Shown here in pieces: positions 23,285-34,870 of a DNA stretch of 64,000 nt. The notes under the pieces are model-generated. The model worked only from the letters and a program-made list of their open reading frames with translations, was not told the DNA's origin and ran no database searches. The DNA is from Selaginella moellendorffii (lineage: Eukaryota; Plantae; Lycopodiophyta): NCBI RefSeq assembly GCF_000143415.4, contig NW_003314299.1:606229-670228 (forward strand), in the 5' to 3' direction. The position numbers and the translations under genes are program-made. Numbering within the stretch: the first letter of the stretch is position 1; each line of letters begins with the position of its first letter.

Positions 23285-25484
23285 CAATGTGACCAAGGTG
23301 AATGGGCATAGCTTAGTGTAATGGGCTGATATGTCGGTGGTACCTTGGGGTGTCAGTTATGGGATTAGACACGTGGAGCACTTGGACCAAGTGCAAAGGT
23401 TGAGTGGCATAGATGCCATTCTCGAGGTTAGCAAACCCTAAGTACTGAATTTGATTTATGGAGGTTGTGAATGAGACTCCTCCTAGTAGCCGGAGAGGTG
23501 GTTAAGTGACTAAAGTAGAATGGAAAATTTAGATTTTTACATTAAAAGTATGATATCAAAAGTAAATTTGTTTATCTACCATTTTATCAATAATTTTTAA
23601 TACTCATTTTTTATTTTCAAATGTTCAAAAGCTATGCAAATTTGTTTAGTAGCAATAGTGCATTGGTCGTAGAGCTTATGACAATGAGTAATAAATCGTC
23701 AACATAAATTGGCAATGGTTTGTCTATTTGCAAAGCTATGGCTACTCTCTGCTCTGCTGCTAAGTGTCTGGGGTCTAGGAGCTATAAAAGTGTGTTTGTT
23801 ATCTCCATTGACATTGCTTTCAAGTCGTTAGACTCGAGGGGACTTGTGGCTATGAGACACTTATGACGAGTATGAAGGCATTATGGTTTACCATTCACAA
23901 TAACAAAATTTTCCAAAAGATATTTTATTATATTAAAGTCATTTACTTTGACTCAAAATAAGTTGTATAGAATTATAAAAAAATAATATAATTGTTATGC
24001 TAGAAAAGGTTGATTGGTATCTATTTATTTTACTACGACAATAAATAAATGTACATAAAAATGACAAACTAAAATTTTTGTATAACATCAAATACTTAAT
24101 ATTTGCTATAGGATTTGCTAAATAAGTCTTAAAGTTTCTAAATTTAACTTGTGATATGAAAATTTTTTAAAGGAGGAGAATAAAAATAATATCATCACTA
24201 TTTGAGTTTTTAAAAGATTAGATTCCTCAAATAATTATAAAGTATAAATATTTTACTTCACCTTGTTTATTTATTTATATTGTGTTTTTATTCCACATGA
24301 AAAATTACATTCAAAAGTTTTAGGACTCTTTTATCTTTTAGTTTAAATGTAGCGAATCCCTTGGTAAAAATTGAGTTTTTGATATTATACAGTTTTTTTC
24401 AATTTATCATGCAAAATTTTTTGTTTATCATTGTTATGCACATAATGGAATTTTCCATTGTTATAGTCAACACAATAGGCACTAGCTACCTTTTTTTTTG
24501 TGTAACAAATATACTACTTTTTTTTATAGCTTTTTGTTACTATATAACATTAATTCAATGAAATGTCTTTTGAAAAAATATTTGTCTTTGGGTACCAAAC
24601 AAACTTTTGTAAATTTACTTAAATATATTAACTTCACAAGATATAGTTTTTGTGTTTTAGGACTACAAAAAGAAAATAAAAAAATAAATATTAGAATGAA
24701 TATTAATAGAATGGTTTATTTTTTATGTCACATAATTTTTTTTTACATAACTATGTAAATTGGTAGATAAGGAGAGAAATCCATATATAATTTATCTTTA
24801 TACTTTTAATGAAATTAATCAATTAAGAGGACTTTTATACACAGTATTATAAAGCAAAAAAAAAAAAGGAAAAAGATACTATATCTTTATTGTTATAATT
24901 GTTCATAGGATTTTTCCAGTTATGCATGGAATTTTCATATCTCATCCCATATTCAGACTTGGACTTTATGGCATGGATCCAAAAAACTTTGCTAGCAATC
25001 CAAAATTATCATCGAGGGATTAAAATTCCAATCATGTTGGTTTTAATTATAAACATATTCTAGATGGCTTTATTCTCTATACTTTTGTTTGTTTATTGGT
25101 ACTTGAAGTCACCAATTTTCAAAAGACTTCAAACTTCTATGATAAAGCAAGAAGATGCACTAGCCCAGTGCGTTGGATAAAAACACCATGTAAATAGATA
25201 AACAAAGGCGAAACAAAAGATTTAAGATATCCAAAGCATTATATAAATAGATAAATAAGGTGAAATAAAAGATTCAAAAGATTTGTACTTTAAATTTAAG
25301 TAATGGTGATGCTGTCCTCCTCCTCCCCCTTCCCTAGAGAGGCATTTAGATGGTATATCTTGCTGCTAAAGTCCAAAGTCTTCCACAAAGTGGCAACTTC
25401 AATGCTCCTTGGAACTCACTTCAATAACCAAGCAACAAAGTCATCGTGATATGTTGTGATTGTGGTCCTAGACCCTCCATGATA

Positions 25485-26286
25485 GTCTCTCTAGATCCAT
25501 GGCACAAAGTTCAAGTCAGGGGAGAGTTTTTCCAAAGCTGTCCAAGAGCAGTGGTTACAGTTCCAGTAATGGATTTGGGATGAAACATGAAGGTCCCAGG
25601 GGCTGCTGCTTGAGGTTAAACTAGGAGGGTATCAGTCCTTGGAGCTTGCAGCGACTGAGAGAGATGGTTGAGAGCTCCGGGCCAGAGATGGTGTCAAAGC
25701 TTCTAATGTCATTGTTGTCTAAGTAGACAGCGTTCAAGTTGACAAGCTTGGCCATGTTGGTAGGAAGTCCAGTGAGGTTGTTCACCGAAAGGCCTGTGAG
25801 TCTTGGGAGGCCCAAAAGACGTCTAGATTGAAAAGAAGTCCTATAGATTCAGGAACACAGCTGCTCTGTCGAGGACAAGTCTGCGAAGTTGGCCAAGAGA
25901 GCTTGGCATTTGTCCCGTAACTCCAGTGCTAGATCTTCCAGGGAAGAGAACTGGTCAAAGGAGCTGGGAATGGGACCGCGTTTTGGGACAGGTCCAACAC
26001 TCTGAGCGTTGTCGGGGATTTGTCCTGCAGCTTTGATGTACGTGCTTTCCTTTTGTTTGTTCAATAGTTTTTGCGTCCAGCACACTTTTCGTTTCATTTT
26101 CTTTCTTCCTTGAAGTATTTCTAAACCATTGCCATCTTTCGCAGGAGGCTCTTGCAAAGCTTGGGTTCTACAAGGACATGGAGTATGCTTCTTTCTCTAG
26201 TAGCACAGACGGGCTCACGTCCTCAAATTTTCAGCGTTTCCAAGCTGGTAAGCTTGCCAAGCTCAACAGGTATACTGCTGCTGACG
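25485..26286 (-). pseudogene. Deletion-riddled fragment of a secreted LRR gene (paralog of 58506-60650)
   Basis: NNLTGLPTNMAKLVNLNAVYLDNNDIRSFD, PELSTISLSRCKLQG and VSSSIPVELGKLTSLETL match the intact gene. Many small deletions and a stop. Interrupted by 26038-26225. Confidence 0.9.
26038..26216 (+). pseudogene. Intron + exon fragment resembling the pTAC5 peptidoglycan-binding-like domain
   Basis: A GT...GCAG intron-like segment at 26038-26144 is followed by EALAKLGFYKDMEYASFSSST, compared with recalled pTAC5 EALLKLGFYSGEEDMEFSSFSSGT. Confidence 0.6.
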
Positions 26287-26460
26287 GTGGTGGTGGTGGC
26301 GCACTTCGTCCCCTGGAGGAGCATACGACTGGCTGTGGTAGTAATGCTGCTGGAAACCATCACTCGGGCCATAAACATCCGCTCGAATGCTTCTACCGCT
26401 CTGAGCTCCGACGATAAGTTGCTCCCACTGCTATCGGACTAGAAATGCATCCACCATGAA
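26287..26460 (-). pseudogene. Copy of part of the last exon of the neighbouring RING gene
   Basis: Close nucleotide match to ~29130-29348 (cttcgtcccctggaggagcatacgactggctgt...gcatccaccat) with small deletions. Confidence 0.9.
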
Positions 26461-27630
26461 CTCACTGCCACCCTGGCCCCAGTATACATTCTGAGCTCAC
26501 CGAGATATCGGAGTAAAGATCGTCTCTTCGAATTCTAGGCATGTCTCTGATTTTAAGATTGACGTAGAGATCACCGGATGGACCACCGAGAGAGCACAAT
26601 GTCAGTCACAGAGAAACTACATAGAACAAGCGAGTCCACTGGCAACATGGAGAGTGCTCGCACTGACACGGAACACTCCACTTGTCCCTCACCTGTGAGA
26701 AAAATAAAATAGAGTCAAAAGTCATCGAAGAATTGCTAACCTGTGAGAACATCCCGAAGACTGTTTCTTGTGTCCGCATAACTTCACCCATTCCTCCACA
26801 GACTCGATATCTCTTTGTGCTCTTACTTCTGGCGCTAGTTCCCTTACATGCCTCGCAGCTTTCCACATGCCATATGTCAAACTGTTTTTCCACTCCAAAA
26901 ACCGCTTCTTTGAGGTCAAGGCTCCTGCAGAAGCATTGTCACGAGAAAAAATAATAAAATCAAAAAAAAAAAAGAAGATCTTTTTGTAAGTTGGATCATA
27001 CCTGAGATCGTTTCCTTGAACTCCAGATCAATCTGCGCCTTTCAAATCTGCTCCGTCTTTTAAAAACGAGTCAAAAATATGAATGGACTATCCTGCGCAC
27101 AAAAAGAAACTCTAGATCATCTCTATCAATCGAAAATTGATGCCTTACCGTGGAAGTTGGCCCTCCTCTTGATGGCTTGGTTTTCATCATCCGAGAGCAC
27201 CTACATGGGAATGATCTTCATGGAATTGAAAGAAATGCAAATTCTTATCTCGTACGCAGTAGTGATCTCCTTGAATTTTTCCTCTGCATTGGACTCCTTG
27301 TTTATGTTTGGATGAAACTGAAAAACAAAGAAGCTAGCAAACTACAAGCTCGTGAATTACAAAGGAGGAAAATCACACCTCTCAAGCAAGTTTCCTGTAA
27401 GAAGTTTTGATTTCCTGCTTGCTAAGTGCAAATCCGGAAGCGGGAGCTGCAGTCCTACTACTCTGTTAGAATTTGTACACAGCCGTCTCACCTTGATTCG
27501 CCATCTTCCCAGTTCTAAATCCTGCACTTCAAGCCTACATTGTCTACATCTGCATTGGGAATTCTTGGAGTCGGAATAAGACGCACAAAAAATAGCCCTA
27601 GTTTGGTGAGAAGAGGAAGATGATGAACAT
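26461..27630 (-). pseudogene. Type-I (zinc-finger) DnaJ pseudogene, chloroplast DJA-like, introns retained
   Basis: SKQEIKTSYRKLA*, HPNINKESNAEEKFKEITTAYE (HPD degraded), CEACKG...VCGGMGEVMRTQETVFGMFSQV and GGPSGDLYVNLKI. Stops and deletions present. 5' boundary approximate. Confidence 0.85.
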
Positions 27631-29116
27631 GCGGGAACGATTCAGGCTTCAAGCCCGTGGTGAAAATTAATAGCATTTTCAAGATTAAGAAGATTGTTTT
27701 TATAAATATTTATGTTGCAAAATGTTAAATTTGTAAGGTTTGTAAATACATGTATGTGTCTATATATATATATATATACATTACTCTAGGTAATACACTA
27801 ATTATGGTACTATAGCATATAGATTATTTATTTTGGACTGAATCTGGTGTAGGGGTCTAAACCTCAATAATATAAATAAATAACAATTGCTAGAGTTTAG
27901 ATCAAAATATCTAAGTATATTTTAGATATATACTTCAGTCCCTTCATTCACATTTGTTGATTTGCAAGATGAGGGTAAAGCTTTTGCTTGCTTGTGATGT
28001 AAAGGACTGTCGAAGGGAGGAAAACATCACCACTACTTGAGTTTTAAGAAACTAGATCCTTACTCTCCTATAATGGAAAAAAAGAAAAAAGTGAAAGGTA
28101 TAGCTAGAGTCTTCCATTTTGGCTGCCACTTCTCAATATGTTTGTAGTATTTTTTATCAAAACTCCAACATATGTACTTTGTGATAGTCTTGGAAAAGAA
28201 GAGGGCTAAGATCTTGTTGCCTGACCATTGACACCTATAAGTTGATCTACCTTGCAATCTTGGACAGTGAGGCATCATGGAGGAAAAGCAATATTCTCCC
28301 CATCCCAAGATTTGCCACCTTGCTCACTGCCAATTCATTATTGCAAACACTATGGTAGTCTAGCTGATTATTGAACTCGGGAAACAATGAAGAAGTCCAA
28401 GCTTACAATTGTGCAATTAAGGGGGTTTCACACCCACCATTAAATTAATTAATTTAATTATAATGTGTTCACACCACCACAGTATTACATTAGATTTTGC
28501 AAATTCTAATTTAATAGTTTAACTCAATGGTAATTTGTTCAGACCAGAAATTACATTAAACTAGCTGAATGGTAACATTAGCATTTCCTTTGTATTTTTC
28601 CTTAAAATCCTAGCATTAGAATTAAAATATTCAAGAATATTCTTTAGGGCAAGTGGTGGAGAATTTCTTTTGCACGCAAGATGATGCCAGGATCGAAGGG
28701 CGCTGTCAATGTGCCAATCAATCAATCATTAAGCTCTCAAGTTGTGAAATCAATCAATCCTTGTGCTACTAGAGTTGTTAGGGACTCCAGTTCCTGGCCA
28801 TCAATCAATTAGCATTGGGAGTTGTGGTGGCCACACAAAGAATATTCCTTACGTATATTTTGACCTAATATTTCTAATGGAACGAAGTGTAATAATGGTT
28901 ATGTGAACGGATTTTCATTAGTTAAAGACTTTTTAAAATGAGTAAATGCTACTATTAACTAATGTTGAAGAATAGCATTAAAATTTTAAATTAGGTTAAG
29001 ATCCTCTAATTTAAAAGTTTTAACTTAAAAGTGCGTGCATTCTTTCTTTGCCAAAATTATTTACTTTATTTACTTGAACCAGAATCACTTAATATCCGTG
29101 TTATATATATCTTCAT

Positions 29117-30707
29117 TCACCGTGCATGGTGGTGGTGGTGGTGGTGCTGTTGGTGACGCGCTTCGTCCCCTGGAGGAGCATACGACTGGCTGTAGTAGTA
29201 ATGCTGCCCCTGGAAACCATCACTCGGACCATAAACATCCGCTCGAACGCTTCCAGACGCTGCCGCCGCTCTGAGCTCCGATGAGAAGTTGCTCCCACTG
29301 CTGCCCGACTGGAACCAAGGACGCCAGTGTGACGACGCATCCACCATAGTTTCATAGCCCGGGGACTCTCTTCTGCGCTGCCACTCTCGGTGGTGGCTCT
29401 CTCGCTGCTCTCTCGGAGAAGCCACTCTCGATCCAGCTCCAACTCGGCCTGTGGACGACGATGTTCCATGGGCCCAATGTCTTGATCTTCTCGACGGCCC
29501 GTTCCCATGGGCATAAGCCGGCGACGAGGACACATTGGTGGAGGCTAGCCCGTGGTGAGGACACGGGACGTGATGCCATGATGTTGCATTGTTTTCAGGA
29601 GATCTGAGCTGCCTGTCAGGAAAAAAACAGAAAAAAACGTTAGCACGCAAAGAAAAAACTGCCTTTTCTGGTGAACTTACCCAGAGTAACCAGGCTGCAC
29701 AGCATCACTGCGGTTTGCAGGAGCAGACCACCTGAAACGCTCAATAGGTAAGCTTGCAAGTCCAACATCATTCATCATACCAACTGGATTGTGTGCACCA
29801 CCAGATTGAGAAGCCCATCCAGTTCTTTCATGGACTGGAAATGAGTGTGGCCCTCTGATAGTCCCACCTATGGAGCCCCCTCCACCACCACCACCACCAA
29901 CACTCGGGGGCTCTACTTGGTTTTGCACTACAACCAGTTCATCTACAATCTGTCGCGTTGCCGCCCCCCAGTAGGACTGCGCGGGGGAAAAGAAAGGACA
30001 TACGTGGTGTGTGTTGCTGTTCGTCGGGGCCGCGGGATGGTTCTCTCCATACAAAACGTTGACAACAACGTTGGGATCTGAATCTGCAAGAGAAAAAACA
30101 AAACGTTCTCTCAGTCACTAGAACACTGGATGAAACGAGCACTTACATCCAGTTACTAAAGGATCGATTTCCCTGAGAACAAACGGAAAGAGCACAGTTA
30201 TAATCAATCCTGAGAGATCCAGGATACTTACTCCAAGCTGAGAAAGCTCTGATATGGACACCATTGGAAATGGCGTAAGTGCTGCGAGACAAACAAACCA
30301 AGATCAGTACGAACCACGAAAGGAAAAAGATTTTTTTTCTCTCTCTTCATACCAGCTCGTGATAATCCGCCATGCCTGCGTAGACATCATACTCCTCGTC
30401 GCTGGACGGCAGATCCACAAAGGCGAAATCCTCGTGCTGGCGGCATCCAGAAGCATAGAGCCACCGCCCCTCCTCGACGCGCCGGCAATTCGGGCATTGC
30501 ATAGATCCCTTGGCATTGAAGGCCGAGCCGATACAATCTGGAGAAAACAAGAAGATCACAAATCCAGCGAAAGAGGGCTTTTGGCATACCTAGATGGAAA
30601 TAGTGACCGCATTTGAGCTTCGCGAACGATCTCTCCCCGACATCGCTGACTTGCTCCAGGCACACCGAGCAAGATTCCAGCGCCGCGCCCTTGGTCGTGA
30701 CCGCCAT
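29117..30707 (-). CDS. RING-H2 E3 ubiquitin ligase, RFI2-like, multi-exon
   Basis: CSVCLEQVSDVGERSFAKLKCGHYFHL/DCIGSAFNAKGSMQCPNCRRVEEGRWLYA and a WCPY motif. The phase-2 splice at 29680 selects the frame ending HHHHHHAR* at 29117. Confidence 0.88.
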
Positions 30708-30800
30708 GCCCTCTTATCTCCTCCTCGATCTAGCTTATGCTACCCTACCCTCGCCCAATAACCCTAAATCAAAATGCCAAGCATAACAAAGGCCTAGGTT

Positions 30801-32588
30801 ATGTTTCGCTCGCTATCGCGGAATCTAAGAGCATCTGGCCGGATCCAGAAGGGCCGATCGATGAGCGATGACAAAGGAGCTCGCGAATTCGCGATCGCGC
30901 TGGACAAATCAAAGGTAAGACTAGACTAGATCGAAAAGAACAAATGAAAGAACTTGGCATCTTCGGTGATGTAGAAAGTCACGGTTCTCACCGGTGCAGG
31001 GATATCCGCGGAATCTGGGGTCCCGACCTTCAAAGAATGGCGAGAATGGAGTGCCATGGTGCGTTATTTTTGTTTTCTCTATTTTTCCTTGGGTGGTTTT
31101 GTTAATGTGCTGCTTGAATTTTTCCTGCTTAGCTCACGACTCCGGAAGCCTTTGCGGCGAATCCTTCAATGGTGTGGGAGTTTTACCACTACCGGCGGTG
31201 AGTCTTAAAGTTTTAGCTCGTTTCGTCCTCTTTTTTTTCGTTCCATTTTTTTTTTTTTTCTTTTTTTGGTTCTGTGAAGTTTTAACTAGCCAGATGGTGT
31301 TTGATTATAGCTGTATTGTGTCCAAGGCTGTGCCAAACGCCGGACACTATGCAATAACAGCGCTGGAGAAGAGATGCGAGCAACAAGGGAAGGAGTTCAA
31401 GCTTTTGACACAGGTGATTTTTTTTTTCTTAAAACTCCAGCTCGACGTTCTTCGCATTTCTTGTAGAATTCCACCTTTGTTCTTCTCGACGACCTTCGCA
31501 TTTCTTCTTAGAATTCCAGCTTGCTTTTTCTCGACGTTCTTCGCTAAAATGGAATCCTTTTTCTTGTTTTTCGTTTCTTTAGAACGTAGATGGACTGCAT
31601 AGTCGCGCAGGCACAAAATCCGTGGAAGAACTCCACGGCTCGATGTGGAAGACCCGCTGCTGCACCTGCGACCAAGTGCTGCAAAACTTCGACATGCCAA
31701 TCTGTGCAGCTCTCGATGGAAAGGTAAAACCTCCTCAAAATCCTTTTTTTCTTTGGCTTTTTTTCTTTTTTCTTTCCTGCTTTTGATACGGAACGTCTTC
31801 TCGTGTTTCTTCTTCTCATTTTTGGCCTTCTCTAGAGCAGGGGTGTCCAGATCCATCAGCTTACGACGCCAACATTCCGAGACTACAGCTCCCGCGCTGC
31901 AGGTCATGCAATGGATTACTGAGGCCGCATGTTGTGTGGTTCGGGGAATCTCTTGATCTCGGTGTCATGGAGCGTGCTCACGAATCACTCCGCCGCTGCG
32001 ACCTGCTGCTCGTTGCTGGAACTTCCGCTGTCGTCCAGGTACTCCTGTCGGCCTTCTCGCAATCGCATCACTTTTGGTTCCTGGAAGGATCCTGAATCCT
32101 GAATCTGAAGCTTTTTGTGTCCTCTGTTTTCCTTTTCTCCGCTGGCCTTTTGCGCATGTCTGTCATGATCAATCTTTTCGACCGCCACCTTTTTTTCCTG
32201 CATTTCCTGCATTGTAAGAACATTTTTGTCGCTCGCAGCCAGCAGCCGGGTTTATTCCGCTTGTGAAAGGTGGCGGCGGCGCGGTTGCGGAATTCAACCT
32301 CGAGGAGACACCTGCGAGCCGATACTGCAGGCAGGTTCTTTCCTCATTCTCAGTGTCCTTGCTTCTGTTCTGTTTGCCTTCTCGGTTTCTTAGCAGTCTC
32401 TTTGCTCGCTTAAGCTTCGCTGTCTTTCATTTCATTCATGAATTCACGAGCTTTGGTTTTCCTGTCACTTCCGCAACAGGTATAGATTCCAAGGGACGTG
32501 CGCGGAGGCCTTGCCTCGCAGTCTGGAAATCTCTCGCCAAGAGCTGCAGGAGCTGGAGCTGGAAGCAGCCAAGAGCGCAGCAGTGTAG
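30801..32588 (+). CDS. SIRT5: Class III sirtuin (SIRT5/CobB-like NAD-dependent deacylase) with putative mitochondrial presequence
   Basis: [32 protein letters not shown] (YxxR succinyl pocket), PNAGH, TQNVDGLH, ELHGS, CCTC...CRSC zinc site, [19 protein letters not shown] and EFNLE. The in-frame ATG at 30801 adds [20 protein letters not shown]. Confidence 0.9.
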
Positions 32589-32714
32589 CAAACAACCAAA
32601 CAAACGAGTCCACGTCCAAATCTCTCGATCCGTGACAAGCGAGTCTTTGACTCGCCCGCTCGCTTCGTTTCGGCGAGTCAGGCCAAGCGTGTACTTTGCA
32701 AATAAATTCTTCCG

Positions 32715-32716
<2 letters not shown>

Positions 32717-32760
<44 letters not shown>
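32717..32760 (+). repeat. (AG)22 microsatellite
   Basis: Direct reading. Confidence 0.95.
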
Positions 32761-32766
<6 letters not shown>

Positions 32767-34870
32767 CGAGATTCGAGCCTGTGACCGTCGTCCTATTCCA
32801 GCGCCGTTGCAGGGAATCGAACCCGTCACCATCACCAGCAGTGCATGCGGCGGCCGTACGCCGGCCGGTCCACTGACCACTTTTGGTGGCCATGGTCATG
32901 GCTCCATGGGCCATGGCTAAAGGGAGCAATGCATACATGGGGGACACTGCTCTGACAAAGGTATAATGAGGCTGCCAATTTCTTACGGCCAACTTACTTC
33001 TGACTTGGCAAATCTTGTTTTAGATTTTCCTCCTGTGTGTAGTTAGCTCGCTCCGCGATTTTTTACCGTGGTAAAAAATCACAAGGATGATCTCGATTCC
33101 TACCTTTAATTTTCCACGCTGGATTTGATCCGGAAATGCGTGGATGGATAATTTCTTTGATCCTGCTAGAATGGAGATTTTATGCGTCCAACGTCATGCA
33201 CCGTCACGGGATTATCGTCATAATATTTTCCCGATATGCTTGATTAGTTTTATAGTTTGTGTGCTATTGCTATCTTCTTTCTTGCTATCTATCAGCTAAA
33301 CAGTTGTTCTTGTTGGTGCTCTGTGGTTGAACCTTACAAATAAAGTCGTGGATGGGCCACGTATCGCCACTACAATTGAAGCAATCAAAATCAAATAAAC
33401 CTTAGTGGCATGTGATTTAAGTTTGTATACGCTTGCATCAATCATAGACTTTGGGCCACGACGAGAGGGCGATGGATTTGCGACGAGTATCAAGCTTAAA
33501 AAAACCCTTGCGAGATTTTTGACCCTGTTTCATACATCATGGTAAACAGCAAACACCATTGAAAACTTGCCACTGTTGTCACGCGGAAAATATCAAAACC
33601 ATCCATTAACTTGCACGATATAATTGGAGCGCATAAACTATAGTAAAATCTAAAAACAATGATCATCCATCTTATGATCTGCTCCTCACAGGATGGGATG
33701 TTTCTCGTTGTTTCAGGCTCTCCCATATTATTCTTTAGTGATCCTATCAAGATGCTTTTAGGTCAAAAAAAGAGGGCTTCGAGAGTAACGAACACATACC
33801 GTTGGAGGTGACAAAGAATGATTTCTGTGCAATGTACCACATTCTATACATGTTGGTTTTCACGTCTATAGGTTTTACTTTAGTCGGCCAGTCAAAAGTG
33901 AAATTTTGGGAGCGCGAAATTCCTGCCCCCCATGCATGCCACATCAAATCACCAGCAGCGCCGGCATCATGTGGCGCATGCCCATGGCTGGCCATGCCCA
34001 TGTTCATGGCCATGGGAATGTATGAGATATGATGGCCATGGCCCCCATTTACAGACCCCCACGATCGCCCTCACGCCTGACGGGTCATGGCGCATACTCC
34101 GCCCTTTGAGCCCCCCAGGTGTGACGGCTCAAGCGCCACACTATATAAGCGTACGATGTCCGTAGCTTGGTGCTAGGGTCTCCTCTCTCTCTCTCTTTCT
34201 CTCTCTCTCTGGCGCTGTTTCGATCGATCGAGCGTTTTTGCGCTCTCGATTTCATGCTGTGTCTATCGATTGTTCGCGATAGAGGCGCCTCATCGAGCCT
34301 GCTCCTCCTGCTGCGATCTTACGGGGGTTTTGTGAGGGTTTCCGATATTGTTTTCGAGTAGTACTTCTCTTCCAGGTGAGAGATCCCATGGAGATTGTGG
34401 CATTCGACGCGCTAGGCGGCTGCAAACGACCGGCGCAGTAGCCCGGGCTGGACAGGAATTCCGTGAATCGACGAAGACGGAGCAGCAGTACCGGCGTCGG
34501 GGCTCCGGATCGCCGAAATTCGCTTTGGTCATGGCACAGGTCGGGCCGAGGTCTTGGAACCGTGACCGCGTTCACGCCGAGAACAAGAATGCGAGCGAAG
34601 AAAATCGCGAGTAGGCGTCAGAGAAATCCAAGGTAGGCTCGTGATATTGCGGCTCATCCTATCTTTTTCCTACGCCTGGGGCTGTCGGATCGCATCGCGC
34701 GCCTCTCCCATCTCCATGGTGGAGTCTTCTCGCCAGAAAGCCAGAAGAATGCGAGCTCCCAAGATCAAGATCTAGGGGGAGGCACTGCAATCTCCGCGCG
34801 TATTCCCTGCTGAGAAGAAAATTCCGGTGTGGAGGCTTGGAAATTTGCGAAGGTTTCGAGCACGCCAGCC

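Larger units (their letters stand above)
13411..23541 (+). mobile_element. Degenerate full-length LTR retrotransposon (probably Ty3/Gypsy chromovirus-like) with nested insertions
   Basis: 5' LTR 13411-14781 (TG...TTACA). PBS-like TGGTATTGGAGCC at 14785-14797 (tRNA-iMet type). PPT-like GGGTGGTGGAG at 20747-20757. 3' LTR 20759-23541 (internally deleted and interrupted). Chromodomain-like remnant EFLSWRDYAP*..KT* at ~20572-20628. Flanks ttagg/ttaaa are only a partial TSD match. Confidence 0.8.

Noticed and set aside
22264-23292. Long repetitive ORFs (GL, SP, RW, ES-rich), also at 166-462, 13.4-14.0 kb, 16.2-17.0 kb and 20.6-21.3 kb
   Set aside because: Open in several frames on both strands because they lie in stop-poor LTR minisatellites. 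Not credible proteins.
28418-28930. Possible Tourist/Harbinger-like MITE (TAA-GGGGG start, degenerate GTTCACA inverted repeats)
   Set aside because: Right TIR and TSD are not identifiable.
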